A stretch of DNA of 62,831 nt, counting the filler, from Fonticula-like sp. SCN 57-25 (taxonomy: Eukaryota), in assembly GCA_001724245.1 (NCBI GenBank). It is 8 parts of 8 records of this genome, joined end to end, with 100 filler letters (N's around TTAATTAATTAA, not from the genome) between each part and the next. Parts side by side here need not be neighbours in the genome. Positions count along the whole stretch, not along the records: positions 39,382 to 47,136 come from MEDX01000339.1; positions 47,237 to 54,988 come from MEDX01000340.1; 6 more parts are not named here. One strand, 5' to 3'. A program made the position numbers and the translations under genes. The notes below the pieces were generated by a model. It worked only from the letters and a program-made list of their open reading frames with translations. It was not told the DNA's origin and made no database searches. Positions 39,670-53,800 of the stretch are shown here, piece by piece. Each line of letters begins with the position of its first letter. Position 1 is the stretch's first letter.

Positions 39670-41194
39670 TTAACGATCTACATTTTCTGTCCTCCGCTCG
39701 CGGTCCTGGCGCTCGCCGCGCTGGCCGGCGTTGTCGCCCTTCCAGCGACCAGCCTGGCGCGGCTGGCGGTTGGAAGACTGCGACTGCAGGTTGTTGGACA
39801 TAAAGTGCGTGCGCCACGTCAGGGCGCGCGTCCTGTCGAGGACCTGCTGGTAGACATTGTGCGGAGGCTGACCCATGACGACGCAGTTGGTCTCAGAGTC
39901 GATCTTGGCATCCAATGAGGCATTGCGAATAAGGTTGACGATCCAGCGCTCGGCCTCATCGTTGCCCATATTCAACTTTTGAGCAAGCATGCCGAGGTCC
40001 ACGCGCTGGTGGATCTTGCAGTACGTCTCGAAAATGAAAAGGCGGGCATTCTCAACAAACTCGGCCTGGAGGCCAGAGATAAAGTAGTCGTTCGAGCAGA
40101 CCTGCTCGCATTCAAGCAGCTTTTGCTGGGCTCCGTCAAAGTCAAACTTGACGTAGACACACTCGAGGAACTGAAGGATGGGGTCAGTGTACGTCACCGA
40201 CTCCTGCTGGATCATCGCAACGATCTCGCGAAGCACATCCTTCCTCCGGCGGTGAATAATCACAACGGCAGCCAAGTAGCGCAGAATGTGCGGGCACGTG
40301 GTCTGGATCGTCTGGCGGTAGGTCGGCTGGAGCAGCGTGTCCAAAATGTGATCGCGGCCCTTGGGGTGCTGGAAGAAAATGTACAAGCCCCAGTGAATCA
40401 ACCAGGTGCGCTGCTGGAGCGCATGCAGGTGAGACTGAGCGCGCGAGTCAATGTTCTGGCGAAGGGTATTAAAATCCTCAAGGGCGACCTCCCAGTTCGA
40501 CTGCAGGATCTCGCAGGCGAGCTTGCCCCACAGCGAGCTAATGGTCTTCTCGGCATCCACCGAAAGAGCGCGATAGTGATACAAAAGCTCGGCAGCGGCA
40601 GAATAGTTGCCACACTCGTACTGGAACTTGGCGTAAAGGTACAGCTCGTTCAAATCAGCGGGGCTGATCTATATCGTGGTAATGGGCAGATGCACATTTA
40701 GCATGTAAATCGCATAGATCAAAGGGACGTACGCCGTGGTTCTCCTGAAGGAACTTGATGTTGTACATCTTATCCTGGCGGAGCTGAGCGAGCACAGCGG
40801 GCTGCTGGAAGAGCTCCACGACGCGCGCGGTCGTCTTCACAAAGTGCTGCAGCTTGGCCACGACAGCCTCACGGCGCTGAATCATATCTACAGGGGCGCG
40901 AGCAAAAAGAGAAAGAAAGGGAGAAAGTTAAAACACGCGCCACCTTTTATACGACTAAAGCGTACCAGCAGGCACCTCCTCCGTGTTGTGGAGCAGCTTG
41001 TACTGCGACACGGCGAAATCGACCATGTTGGTCTTGAGGCCGAGCTCGAGCTTGGCCTTGGTGATGTCGGCCGGAGCATAGACTGCGCGTTCTGTGTGAA
41101 ACTCAAGCAACGGAAAGATGAGATGCCTGTCTAGGGAGGCGCTCACCAGATGGATGATGTCGCGGCCCTCCGCGGCCGGCAGCGACGTCGCCAT
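39670..41194 (-). CDS. EIF3E: Translation initiation factor 3 subunit E (INT6), 3 exons
   Basis: LDRHLIFPLLEF, YAKFQYECGNYS, WGKLACEIL, QQRTWLIHWGL, YTDPI, ENARLFIFETYCKIH, AERWIVNLIRNA. Confidence 0.97.
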
Positions 41195-42277
41195 GGATGC
41201 GGATGGGACCTGTCGGATGCGTAGGCGCGTGTGCACGATTAGGGGATCAAGTGGATCAGAGGCGAAGTCAAATCGCATGCGATTAGCCTTTTGATAAAAC
41301 CACCATATATGACGTGGTCATTTTTGAAGGCAGCTGATGCTGATCCTGTCCGTATACCGCGCAATTGTAATATGCACACCGGCACGCAGCGCTCGACCAG
41401 GCTTCGACAGTGCACTGCTGTACTCTACCAACAAGCACAGCTTCGAGTCTTCCGGTCTTTTTCTTTTGAATTTCATAGATGAGGTTTGAATGTGTGAGAC
41501 CCTTCGTGTGCCACACTCTTAGGAATTAAAGCGCGGCACATAGCGGAGGCTCACAGCCCTTGCTTAAGGCGTAGGTTTGGTCTTCGCAGCGGGAACGGAC
41601 GACAGCGACATTAGGCTGCTGGGCGCCAACTATTTGCTGCATTGAGCAAAGTTTGACCAAAATGCCACGATTGTGAAAGCCACCCGATTACGACACCTTT
41701 TGGAGTGTGGGACGCGCGCTAAATAGTCCTAATTGTACCGAGCCCGCAGGGCTCTTCTAATCCAAAAGCCGGTCCCGCGGCCCTATTTCGCCACCTAAGA
41801 AACCCCTAAAACTAGTGTCATTTTGCTCGTGCGGCGTGGTAAAGTGAGTGTGCGCAGGTTTTGCTCGCCCATGGACCATTGCCCCCTTTCAAAATCGTCT
41901 CATACAGACCTGGTTCGAAAAATGAGAGCTGAGACGAAATCTGCTGTTTGCTTTTCTTCTTTTTCCGCTCTTTTTCCCTTTTTGTTTGTGTGTGTGTCGC
42001 GAGTTCGCCCGGTGCCTTTTGAGGGGAGTGACTCGACGGCTACGCGATCAAAGGTGGAAGCGGCTTGAGTGTTCAAACCGCCCTTCACCTTGACTCGTCT
42101 GCTCTTTTCTTTCTGAATCGGTACGTCTAGAAAGGGCATTGCGCGTGCAAAACACGGCGGACGAAAGTCGCCGATGGTTTGCCGCCGCGAGGCTTTTCCT
42201 ATGGTAAGACAGAGCGCTGACCTTGTCCCTCCTTTCTTTCCACCTTTCTGTTGCCATTTCAGAGTGCGCGGTCAAAC

Positions 42278-44766
42278 ATGTCGAACCAGAATGATATGAC
42301 TCCAAAGGAGGAGCAGGAGTCGCTCCTCGAGTCTGCGTTCGCCGTCGTCAAGGACCAGTCGTTCCTGATGAAGCGCTCGCTCGATGCGGGCAAGCTCATG
42401 GACGCGCTCAAGTACTGCTCGACGATGCTGTCGGAGCTGCGCACGGGCCTCCTGTCGCCCAAGTACTACTACCAGCTCTGTGCGTGCCGCTCAATCCCCT
42501 CGATGCCGTGCTGACCGATCTGTAGACATTATGATCTTTGACCAGCTTCGCCACCTGGAGGCGTTCCTGATTGAGGAGCACAAGCGCGGCAAGAAGCTGA
42601 GCGATCTGTACGAGCTTGTTCAGTACGCCGGCAACATTCTGCCGCGCCTGTATCTCCTCGTGACCGTCGGTGCCGTCTACCTTGAGACGCACGAGGCCCC
42701 CACGCGCGAGATCCTCACCGACATGGTGGAGATGTGCCGCGGCGTGCAGCACCCCACCCGCGGCCTGTTCCTCCGCAACTACCTTTTGCAGATGACCAAG
42801 AACAAGCTCCCCGATGTCTCGACGGGCAACACGTGCGCCTACTTTTTTTCTTTTTGGCAGCGATCTAACCCTTCTGCCCCTTTGCAGTCTCGGCAACGTG
42901 AACGACTCTATTCAGTTTGTGCTTGTCAACTTTGTTGAGATGAACAAGCTGTGGGTCCGCATGCAGCACCAGGGCCACTCCAAGGACCGCGAGCGCCGCG
43001 AGTCTGAGCGCCGCGAGCTGCGCATTCTGGTCGGCACCAACCTTGTGCGCCTCAGCCAGCTTGAGGGCGTCGACCTCTTGGTGTACAAGAAGACTGTCCT
43101 CCCCGCCGTCCTTGAGCAGATTGTGTCGTGCAAGGACCACATTGCGCAGGAGTACCTGATGGAGTGCGTCATCCAGGTGTTCCACGACGAGCTGCACCTG
43201 CGCACCCTGCAGCCGTTCCTTGACGCCTGCAGCAAGCTGCAGAAGAACGTCAATGTCAAGGGCATCATCATCACGCTGATTGACCGCCTGACGCGCTTCT
43301 CGGAGGACGTTGGCATCCCGTCCGACATTCCCCTTTTCGAGATCTTTTCTACGCAGATCGCTGCGCTCATCGAGGCGCGCTCGGACATGCCGATCGCGGA
43401 CGTTGTTGCGCTGCAGGTGTCGCTGCTCAACCTGAGCATCAAGTGCAACCCCGACAGCCTGGAGAGCACGAACAAGGTCCTCGCGATCACGTACAACAAG
43501 CTGCAGAGCTCGCCCGACAACAAGGCGCTCGACAAGACCAACACGGCGGCCGGCAAGCAGCTCATCCGCCTGCTCACAATCTGCGTGTCCAACTACAACG
43601 ACGTGCTCACGCTCCTCAATCTCGAGCACTACGCGCTCCTGCTGCCCTTCCTGTCGTACGACGGCCGCAAGCAGGTCGCCAACGAGATCATCCAGAATGC
43701 CCTCACGAACGGCACGCTCATCCCCGACGCTGCGCTCGCCAGCAAGCTGCTCGACCTCATCTCGCCGCTCGTGCGCGACGAGGAGGACCAGCCGAGCTCG
43801 CGCGACGAGGACGACTTTGTCACCGAGCAGCACGCCGTGGCGCGCCTGGCGCACCTCTTTGCCAACCCCGTGCTCGACGGCCAGTACCAGCTGCTCGTCG
43901 CGATCCGCAAGCACTTTGGCGCCGGCGGCGACCGCATCGTGTACACGCTGCCGCCGCTCATCATCGCCTCGCTGCGCCTCGCCGTGCAGTACTACCGCGC
44001 GCGCGAGAGCGACGAGAGCTGGGAGAAGAAGATCAATAAGGTGTTCCAGTTTTCGTTACAGACGACGCTCGCGCTCGTCAAGTCGGGCCACACAGACGTT
44101 GCGCTGCGCCTCTTTTTGCAATGCGCGCAGGCGGCCGACATTTGCGGCATCGAGTCGATCGCGTACGAGTTTGTGACGCAGTCGTTCCTGCTGTACGAGG
44201 AGAACGTTGCCGAGTCCAAGGCGCAGATCAACGCCATCATCCTGCTCGTCGGCACGCTACAGTCGATGCGCGTGTTTGGCGCCGAGAATGCCGACACGCT
44301 GACGACAAAGTGCGCGCTGCTCGCGACCAAGCTGCTGCGCCGCCCCGACCAGTGCGCCGCCGTGCAGCTCTGCTCGCACCTGTTTTGGCAGACGGCGCAG
44401 CCCGGCCGCGCCGCGCAGCCGCACCACAATGACGGCAAGCGCGTGCTCGAGTGCCTGCAGCGCTCGCTCAAGATCGCCGACGCGTGCATCGACCCGCCGC
44501 TCATCAAGGAGCAGCTCTTTGTCGACATCCTCAACCGCTACCTCTACTTTTTCGACAAGCGCAACGAGGCGGTCACGGTAAAGTACGTCAACGGACTCAT
44601 CGACCTCACCAACACGAGCGTCATGAACCTCGACGCGGTCGACGGCGCCGACGCAATCACCAAGTACTTTAAGAATACCGTGTCGTTCATCGCCTGGAAG
44701 AAGGAGTTCCCCAGCAGCGAGGGGCAGTCGTTCGCCGATATCGACACGAGCATCGTCCGCCTGTAG
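42278..44766 (+). CDS. VPS35: Retromer subunit VPS35, 3 coding exons
   Basis: [83 protein letters not shown]. Confidence 0.98.
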
Positions 44767-45262
44767 AGAGGATGCGAATAACGTGCACGAATCGGCGCGG
44801 GCGATGAGACAATGATTCGCCTGGCGCTGCTTTGTGCTTTTCGGTGCCTCTTTATATTCCATTTTCGTTTGCAAGGCGGCTTTTCCTCCTACTCTCCTTT
44901 CAATTATTTCACGTAGACTCTATTCTTTCCCGTTCTTGTCCTTTTTCTTCTTTTGTATCCTATGGGGATGCGCGCCCCCGCGTGCTTTCCCTCTCTGGTC
45001 TTTTGTTTGTAGAGGATTAATAAGAGACCGGGAAACGCAGTCTTTATTTCATGGAAGCAAGTATGGAAGCAAGTATGGCCCATATAATTATTGGTAAAGC
45101 ACCCAAAAGTATCATTTTTGGCACATCAATGGCCATTCATTCCATATCAATAGCCATTATGGCCCATCAATATTTCATTCTTTTTGCTTGTTTTACACCC
45201 TAGTCACACTTGACATGTCACCATAATAATATTTTTATTGATACAATGGCATCCAATGCCCT

Positions 45263-47136
45263 CTACTCATACACACTCTCTTCACAGATAGTCGACACAC
45301 ACGCAGCCACAGCCCGCCGCGCACGTCTGCCTCTTCCCAAACCACCCGACCATATGCGCCGCGTGCCCGCCATGCCCACAATTGACACACGCCACCACCT
45401 CACCCCTGACTCTGCCCCTGCACACGACACACGTGGCCACCGCCCGCATGCACCGCTTGCACATCGGGCCGTCCACAGCACGCCGGCACGTGACGCACAG
45501 CATCTCGACTGCGAGTGTGTCACGTGGCCCGCTGTCATCCAATGACGAAGGCAGGGGGGAAATGGAGGGGGAAGGGGAGACAAACTTTAGGATTTCGGCG
45601 CGCTGGTTGAGAAGGCCCCAGCCAAAGAGGATTTCGGCGTAGACGCGGCGGTAATAGTCGAGAAGAGGGCGGTCATCATCACTTAGGAAGCTGAAATGGG
45701 GTGAGAAAAGGAAGGTAAAGGTAAAGGTAAAGGGTAGACACATACTCATATTCATATTCATACACATACACATACACATACACATACTCATACTCATACA
45801 CATACACATACTCATACACATACTCATAATCATACAAGGCGCACCTTTTAAAGTCGTCTGGCTTGCCGTCGTCCAGCCCATTGGAAGCGTCGCGGCGTGA
45901 AAAGACGCATGATAGCATGGCGCCAGTCTGGACATCTCCAAGTGCGGCAAAGTGCCGAATCCTATCATGTGTCAGCAAAGTAGAAAGGGAAGCAACAAGT
46001 ACAAGAGTAAGTACAAGTACAAGAGTAAGTATAAGTTCAAGAGTAAGTACAAGAACATAGACATTAACAAGTACAAGTACAAGTACAAGTACAAGTATAA
46101 GTATAAGTACAAGTACAAGTACAAGTACAAGTACAAGTACAAGTACAAGTACAAGTACAAGAGTAGGTACAAGTACACGAGTAGATACAAGTACAAGTAC
46201 AAGTACATCAATGATACTCATGATACTCATGATACTCATCAATGACACTCATCAATGATACTCATCAATGACACTCATCATCAACATACAATAACAATAA
46301 CGATCTCTTCTACTTCTCTTCCTTCCTTCTCTTCCCTTCCTTTCCGTTCGTACATTGACCTCAACATTGACCTCCCCAGTGGAATCCTCCCCCACTCCAC
46401 CCCCGCCCCATTCACCTGCCCAGCCACGAGCAGCGCCGCCGTCCGCCACACCCGCACAAGGTCATACCGACCCGATCGCGCCGCCGCCGCCTCATTGGCT
46501 GCGCAGAGGGCCACGGGGTCGCCGTGGTCGACCACGCCTGCGGATTCGGCGAGGGAGCGCGAGATGGGCATGAGGAGGGAAATGTCCTTGATGGAGACTT
46601 GGGAGGTGACGAGGGAGCCGGCGGTGGCTGTTGTCGTGGGGTGATACATCATACTAGGGGAGAGTGAGAAGGAGAAGAGGGAGAAGGAGAAGAGAAAGTA
46701 TTATCAGATATACACAGGAATATACACAAGGTATGTGCACATATATACACACAGATATCGACAAGATGAACACATATATACATGCACACAGATATACATA
46801 CATACACACATACATACACATACACATACACACATACACACCCATTCTCACAGATATACAAACATACACACAGATACACTTACATACACAATATACCCAT
46901 ACCCATTCTTCCAACTGATACACAATCAACGAGTACGTACGATAATGGCGCAGTTGATGCAGGCTGATCCAATTCGTCTCCAAACGTATTCGGATTCTAT
47001 TCAAACCCGTTCATTAGCCCCCTTTAAACATCTATTCCCAACCAATCATCGCACGTTTAGCCTCTCTGCCGCCGCCAAAAACTGCGAGTCCGGCATGACA
47101 TCCCTCCTCAGCGACAAAAACCTCCTCATCTCCTCA
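45263..47136 (-). CDS. WDR59: GATOR2/SEA subunit WDR59 (Sea3), 3' part
   Basis: WGRIPLGRSML, GDVQTGAMLSCVF, YAEILFGWGLLNQRAEILKF, C-terminal RING CGHGGH...CAAGCGCVC. Confidence 0.85.
45995..46280 (+). repeat. Intronic (AAGTAC)n and (CATGATACT)n microsatellites; (CATACA)n in the neighbouring introns
   Basis: Directly visible tandem repeats inside WDR59 introns. Confidence 0.95.
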
Positions 47137-47349
47137 NNNNNNNNNNNNNNNNNNNNNNNNNNNNNNNNNNNNNNNNNNNNTTAATTAATTAANNNNNNNN
47201 NNNNNNNNNNNNNNNNNNNNNNNNNNNNNNNNNNNNAAGTGATGTATCTCCTTACCTCTCCCTGCCCTCCGCCATCCCATTCCCACAGTCAAAGGCCAGT
47301 TTTGGGTATAAGTTTTTTAGACAACAAGTGTACATCAATCCATCTCTCC

Positions 47350-48369
<1,020 letters not shown>

Positions 48370-48613
48370 TTTTTCAACGACTGACTAAACGCGCAACGCT
48401 GTGCGGATGAGTCTGGTCGGCGGCGATGGAGAAGAGGATGCTTCACGAGTCGAACACACCGTTCTTGAGGAGTCTGGATTTCGTCTCAACACCATGATTT
48501 CGACAAATCGCATGCGATTTCTGATTCTCGATTGATTGTTCAAAAATCGTCTCTGATTCTCCTGATCAGCCTCTGATTGCCTGCCGCCGTTGCTCGCGGG
48601 CCCTCGGCGAGAC

Positions 48614-49457
48614 ATGTTCTTCCTAGTGCGCGCCCGCGGCCGTGGCCATCGTGCTTTACGCTGACATGGTTGTGGTCATTGTGTTTTGCAGAAGGACTTG
48701 ACGCACGATCTCGTGCTTCATCCTCAGTACTTTGGGCCACAGCTCAAGGAGAACCTGTTGAAGAAGTTTCATCAGGAAGTGGAAGGCATGTGCTCGGCGA
48801 GGACGGGCCTCGTTGTAGCCGTGACGCAGGTCACGGACATTGCGCGCGGGCGCGTCCTCGAGGGCCGCGGGTTTGCGCAGTTTACGGTCAAATTCAAGGC
48901 GATCGTCCTGCAGCTGTTTGTCAACGAGGTGGTGCAGGCGGTCGTTTCCAACGTGCACGACGTACGCGCTGGCTCCTCTCCCCTGTGTGGTAGAAAAGGA
49001 TGACCAACTTTGTGCTCGTTTCCTTTCCCTTCTTTGCGTGTTGTCGCACAGGTCGGTCTCTTTGCCAACATTGGCCCCGCGCGCATCTTTGTCAATGCCA
49101 AGGGATTCCAGAGCGGCTACAAATACGACAGCGGCGCGGCCCCGCCAGCCTGGTTCTCTGACGACGACACAGTGCGCGCTCATTTTCCCTTCTTCTTTTG
49201 CCTGACAAGAGCGCGAATCTGCTAGCCTATTCGCGTCGGCTCAGAAGTCCGGATAAAGATCCTCAACCCCGGTGTGCAGGACGGCATGCTGGTACGCTTC
49301 AAGTTTTTGTTCAGAGTCGCGTGTCTAACTCTGCGATCTGCGTAGGTCGGTGTCGGTACAATGAAGGACACTTACCTCGGCGCCGGTGCGCACTCATTTT
49401 TATAGTCTCGACTCGCATGCTGACATTCACGATGTAGATGCCTCCATGGGGATGTAG
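48614..49457 (+). CDS. RPB7: RNA polymerase II subunit RPB7, 5 exons
   Basis: MFFL-KDLTHDLVLHPQYFGPQL, EVEGMCS, GLFANIGP, VRIKI, GTMKDTYLG. Confidence 0.92.
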
Positions 49458-49614
49458 ACGCGTCGCGTCAACTTGATCTGCAGCAGAGCGCAGCAGCGCA
49501 ACAAAAGAATAACTATTTTGTATATATACTCGTGTACTGTTTATGGATAAAATCTCGCTCGCAAACATTCCTTTGAGACATGCACTATCAATTCATTATA
49601 CACAACTGGCCACA

Positions 49615-50643
49615 TCATTTCGAAGCGCTTTCACTCTCGGCCGCGCGCAGGAACGCGGCGAGTTCCGTGTGCACCTGCGCGGGCTCTGGCGACGCGAGCA
49701 CCTCGGCGACGACTCCGCGGCGGTACCCGACAAATGTCGGCGGGGCGTACTTTTTGAGCAGCTCGTTATCGGCGTTCTTGTCTGCATCGACGTATGCACA
49801 CGCGACCCCCCCGCTCATCGCCGCCTCCACGAGCATCGCGTTGAGCGCATTGCACGCCGCCTTGCGCGTGTCGGTAAAGAAAATGAGCGCGGCGTCAGCA
49901 CCAGCCACGTGGCTTGATACGCTGTCCGCGGTCGCGAGGTGCGGCACAAACTCCTCGACGTCGCTCAGGTGGACGACGTCGCCGTGCGATTCTGCGTTGG
50001 CCGCACTCGTAGAGTCCGGGCCTTCTTTCGCGTGTGCGCCCACGCCGTGCGCCGTGAGGAGCGAGGGCATCGCCGAGGGGATCTGGCTCGGGCCCATCAC
50101 CCGCTCGATGAAGGGGCGCACCATCTGGCCCATCGGCGTGTTGATCAGATCCGACGGAAGAGAGACAATCGTTGGGTCGATCCCGCGGCCAACTAGAAAC
50201 TCGCACGCGCGGTCGCTAAAATGGTTGCAGTTGCGGTCGAGAAGATGATAGCGGCCCGCCCTAGATAAACAAAATAGCGCGTTAGCGGCATGCTTCCCCT
50301 GTGTCGGCAAGTGTACCCAAACTCCTCGAGGGCGACCAGATACTCGTGGAACAATTCCTGCGACACCTGCGTCGTGCCCATGTCGTCCACTCTTACCGGT
50401 GTCCCGTGGTGCGTTGCGCCCTATAACATAGCCTGTGAGATCGCGCATGCCGCTTGGCGCATGGTGACGTACAGGGACGGCGGTTTCGACACCAAAGCCA
50501 GAAAAGTAGTACTCGACGCCATAGACCACCACCGATGTGTGCCATATCCCGTCGAGGGGACGGCCAAGCAACATGGTTCCAAGCTGCCGCGCCATACCAT
50601 TCGTCAGGTCGTACACATAGAGCCGCACCGGCGCCTCCGCCAT
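49615..50643 (-). CDS. PPPDE/DeSI-1 peptidase with degenerate thioredoxin-like C-terminus
   Basis: VRLYVYDLTNGMA, GIWHTSVVVYG, YHLLDRNCNHFS (catalytic His and NCN). C-terminal ALIFFT...C...YVDAD...PPTFVGYRRG lacks CXXC. Confidence 0.88.
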   Translation of the reverse strand: MAEAPVRLYVYDLTNGMARQLGTMLLGRPLDGIWHTSVVVYGVEYYFSGFGVETAVPVRHHAPSGMRDLTGYVIGRNAPRDTGKSGRHGHDAGVAGIVPRVSGRPRGVWVHLPTQGKHAANALFCLSRAGRYHLLDRNCNHFSDRACEFLVGRGIDPTIVSLPSDLINTPMGQMVRPFIERVMGPSQIPSAMPSLLTAHGVGAHAKEGPDSTSAANAESHGDVVHLSDVEEFVPHLATADSVSSHVAGADAALIFFTDTRKAACNALNAMLVEAAMSGGVACAYVDADKNADNELLKKYAPPTFVGYRRGVVAEVLASPEPAQVHTELAAFLRAAESESASK

Positions 50644-50801
50644 CGTATGGATCAGGGAACGGATGTGCGCAAAAATGGCGGGAAACACAACTGCTCACGT
50701 CAGCATAAAGTCACGTGTCGAAGGGAGATTCCCGTGCAAACACCGCGGTCTGCTTTGCTGTGCAAACTGCGACGGGCGGGCGCGTCGCATAGATTAACGT
50801 G

Positions 50802-53800
50802 ATGGCGCAGGCGCCGGATAGCTCGGTGTACTTTTCATCATTCGAGCAGCAGCAGACGCGAGAATTTCGGAGTCATTTTGCGAGTCAAATATCCTCGAAC
50901 AGCACGAGTCCAGAGGCGATCAAGCTGCTTGTTGACCAGTTTTCGTACCTGTTAGTCAGGGAGGATAGCTACGCGCATGTCCTCGCCGATTCGGTTTCTC
51001 CCGCCTGCTGGCATACAACATTCTCGTCCTTTTACGAGTACAACTCGCAGCTAGATCCAAACTCGACTCCGCCGCTGCCCTCCCGGCCGCCTCCCTCGAT
51101 TCGCAAGCCCTCTCGCCTTCAGCGTCTCTTCAACCCCTCTCTGAGCGCCTCCTCCTCCTCCTCCTCCCTCTCATCCTCATCGAGCTCGTCAGTCGTATCG
51201 AGTCCGTCGCTCCCGGTCGGCTGCAAGATCAATGCCGATTTTTGTCTCTCGCGCACTCCTCTTTTCGGCCTCCAGTATTACACGGGGATGCTGAGCAAGA
51301 TGTCTCTGCGCCTGTCAGATCTCAACTGCGACATGTACGAGGCGCTTGCAAAGAATCACGCGTCGCGGCCCTTTGCGACGCACCTCATGCTCCACCTTGT
51401 TGCCATTCCTCTTCCCCTGCTGCAGCAAGCCGAAATTGGCTCGGCTCATAGCGCGACGGTGGGCGAGGGCACCAAGGGGGCGGCCAACCTGCGCCTTCTC
51501 TTCTCGCACCTTTGCTCTGTCCTGGTCAACTTTCTCGGCCGTGTTTCGGTTGACCGCGAAGCTGGCCACGCGCCGGACGCCGTCGAGTCGTCGCTTGACG
51601 GCGCGTCGTCGTTAATCGTCGAGTCGATCCGCCGCCTTTCCGAGCTTCTTTCGTCGGGCGCGCCGCTTGCACCCGCGCTGCGCGTCAACGCTACGCACCT
51701 TGCCGCCGTGCTGCTGTCGACGCTCGCTGCTTTGCCCGCGCGGAAAAACGCGGCGAGCAAGGCGCCCAACCTTGACAGGAGCGTGCTCGACCTTGTCCTG
51801 ACGGCCTCTGGCGACGCCCCGTGCATCGCGCACCTGCAAGCGACCAAGGTGTCGTCTCACCACGTAGTACCGCTGCTTGTGAGCCCGTTCCGCACAGGCG
51901 TGATGCTGGGCTTTTTGCTTCTCGCGCGCTGCCCGCCGACCGAGGAGCTGCGCTCGCTTGACCTTTTGCGTCGGCACGCCGAGCGGGGCATCAACCACCT
52001 GGGCGCGGGCGCCAAGGAGCGCGCGCAGTTTGGCGTTGCTATCATTAATGTGGCCGTGCCGTGCGTGCAGCACACTGACGCGAACGCCGTCGCGGGAGCG
52101 GTGCTCGACGCCATCGACCTCGTGCGCGACAAGTTTCCCGCGCTCGCTGCGGCGCTGCGGGACTGCCCGCCGGCCGTGCACGCCGACGCGGTGGCCGAAT
52201 ACCTTCTTGAGGCGCCGCGGCCGGCGGCGGACACGCGCGAGTCGGAAGAGGCCGAGAACCAGGCGCGGCAGATTGAGGAGGCGTTTGCGGCGCTCGAGCT
52301 GCAAAAGGCGGCGGCGCGGCGGGATCTTGCCGACGACGTTGCCGAGCCGACATTTGTGCTCAAGCTTCACCCGCGGACTGACCTGATGTTTGAGGAGGAG
52401 ATGTCGGCGTACCTGGTGGTGCGGCGGCAGTTTGCCAACGCGCAGCTGGACCTCGGGGAGCGCGCGGTGCTCGAAGCCCAGTGCATCGACGCCGCCATGA
52501 ACGGCCTCATGACGATCACGTACGGGTGGTATGTTGCGCTCTTGTCGACGGAGCAGCAGTCGGTGCCGCACAGCTTTCACGCGCTCCTCGCGAGGCTGCT
52601 CCCGTCGCTCCTCGTCTCGCTCTTTTCCGAATTTAGCAAGTTTGAGCAGGAGGTCTTGCACGACGCTATCCGGCCGCAGCTCTCGGACCTCGTCGCCGCG
52701 ATCGGCTGCAGGGACGGCGAGTGGACGACAAACTCGTTCTTGGAGTGCATGTCTGAGCTGTGGGGCTGCGCAAAGCAGTCCCTGATGAACGCGGCGCGGG
52801 CGCCCGGGACGCTGTACAACTTGGTCGACGCGCTCGTGGCGCTCTCGGTCAACGAAGAAGGCCAGGGCATCCTTCTTGGGTTTGCGCTTAGCATCGAGGA
52901 GGAAGAGTCCATGGAGGTCATTCGGCGCATCCAGGCGTCCACGCCGGTCGTGGTCAAGAAGCAGCCGGACGAGTCGGTCGAGCGGGAATACGACGAGTTC
53001 TTCAAGTCGTACCAGTACTACCCGGTGCACTGCGTGCCGCCGGCGCCGCCGGCGCCCGCCGAGCCGGTGCCCGAGGGCACCACACAATTGCAGCACTTTC
53101 TCAGCGGCTACCGGCGCGACCACCCGCGCATCGACAACCCGCTGCCGATGATCATCACGCCTACGAACCTGGTCGAGTCGTCGATGCAGTCCGTCGGCGC
53201 GCTCTCCGCCGAGCGGCTGCGCATCAGCACGCTGCGCGTGACGTTTGTGAGCGCCGAGGGCGAGGAGCAGGCGGGCATCGACCAGGGCGGCCTGCGCCGC
53301 ACGTGGATCGGCACGCTCGCGCCGCAGATGGCGCAGACGGGCACCATGCTCGGGCTGCTGAGCAGCACCGAGGAGGGGCAGCTCTTCATCCACCCGCTCG
53401 CGGATCTCATGCCAGAGGCGGAGGCGTACTTTACCCTGCTCGGCCGCGTCATCGGCCTCAGCATCACCAACGCGAACGACGCCATGCTCTTCCCGGTCGG
53501 CCTCGCGGCGCCCATGTACTCGCTCCTGCTCGGCCGCCCGCTGCGGACCGCGGATCACGACCTCTTGCAGGAGAACTTTTTGCGGGGCATGAAGCAGACA
53601 ATCTCTTCTATGGTGTCAAGCGGGGTGAGCGCCGAGGACCTCGCGCTCTACGACTCGCACGCGGTCGACCTCGGGGAGGACAAGCGCGCGCAGCTGTCGG
53701 CGCTAAAGGGCCGCTTTGGCAGCGGCGCAGCGCCAGAGTCCGAAGACATCGTCGACAAGAACGACGAGTGGCTCGCGCGCAACATCAAGATTGAGGGCAA

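Noticed and set aside
41280-41900. Possible ncRNA (RNase P/MRP or telomerase template near AAACCCCTAAAAC) between eIF3e and VPS35
   Set aside because: I could not find the conserved P4 or other diagnostic motifs, and a single telomere-like word is insufficient.
45679-46248. Poly-KY, poly-LV and poly-YL ORFs
   Set aside because: (AAGTAC)n repeat in a WDR59 intron.
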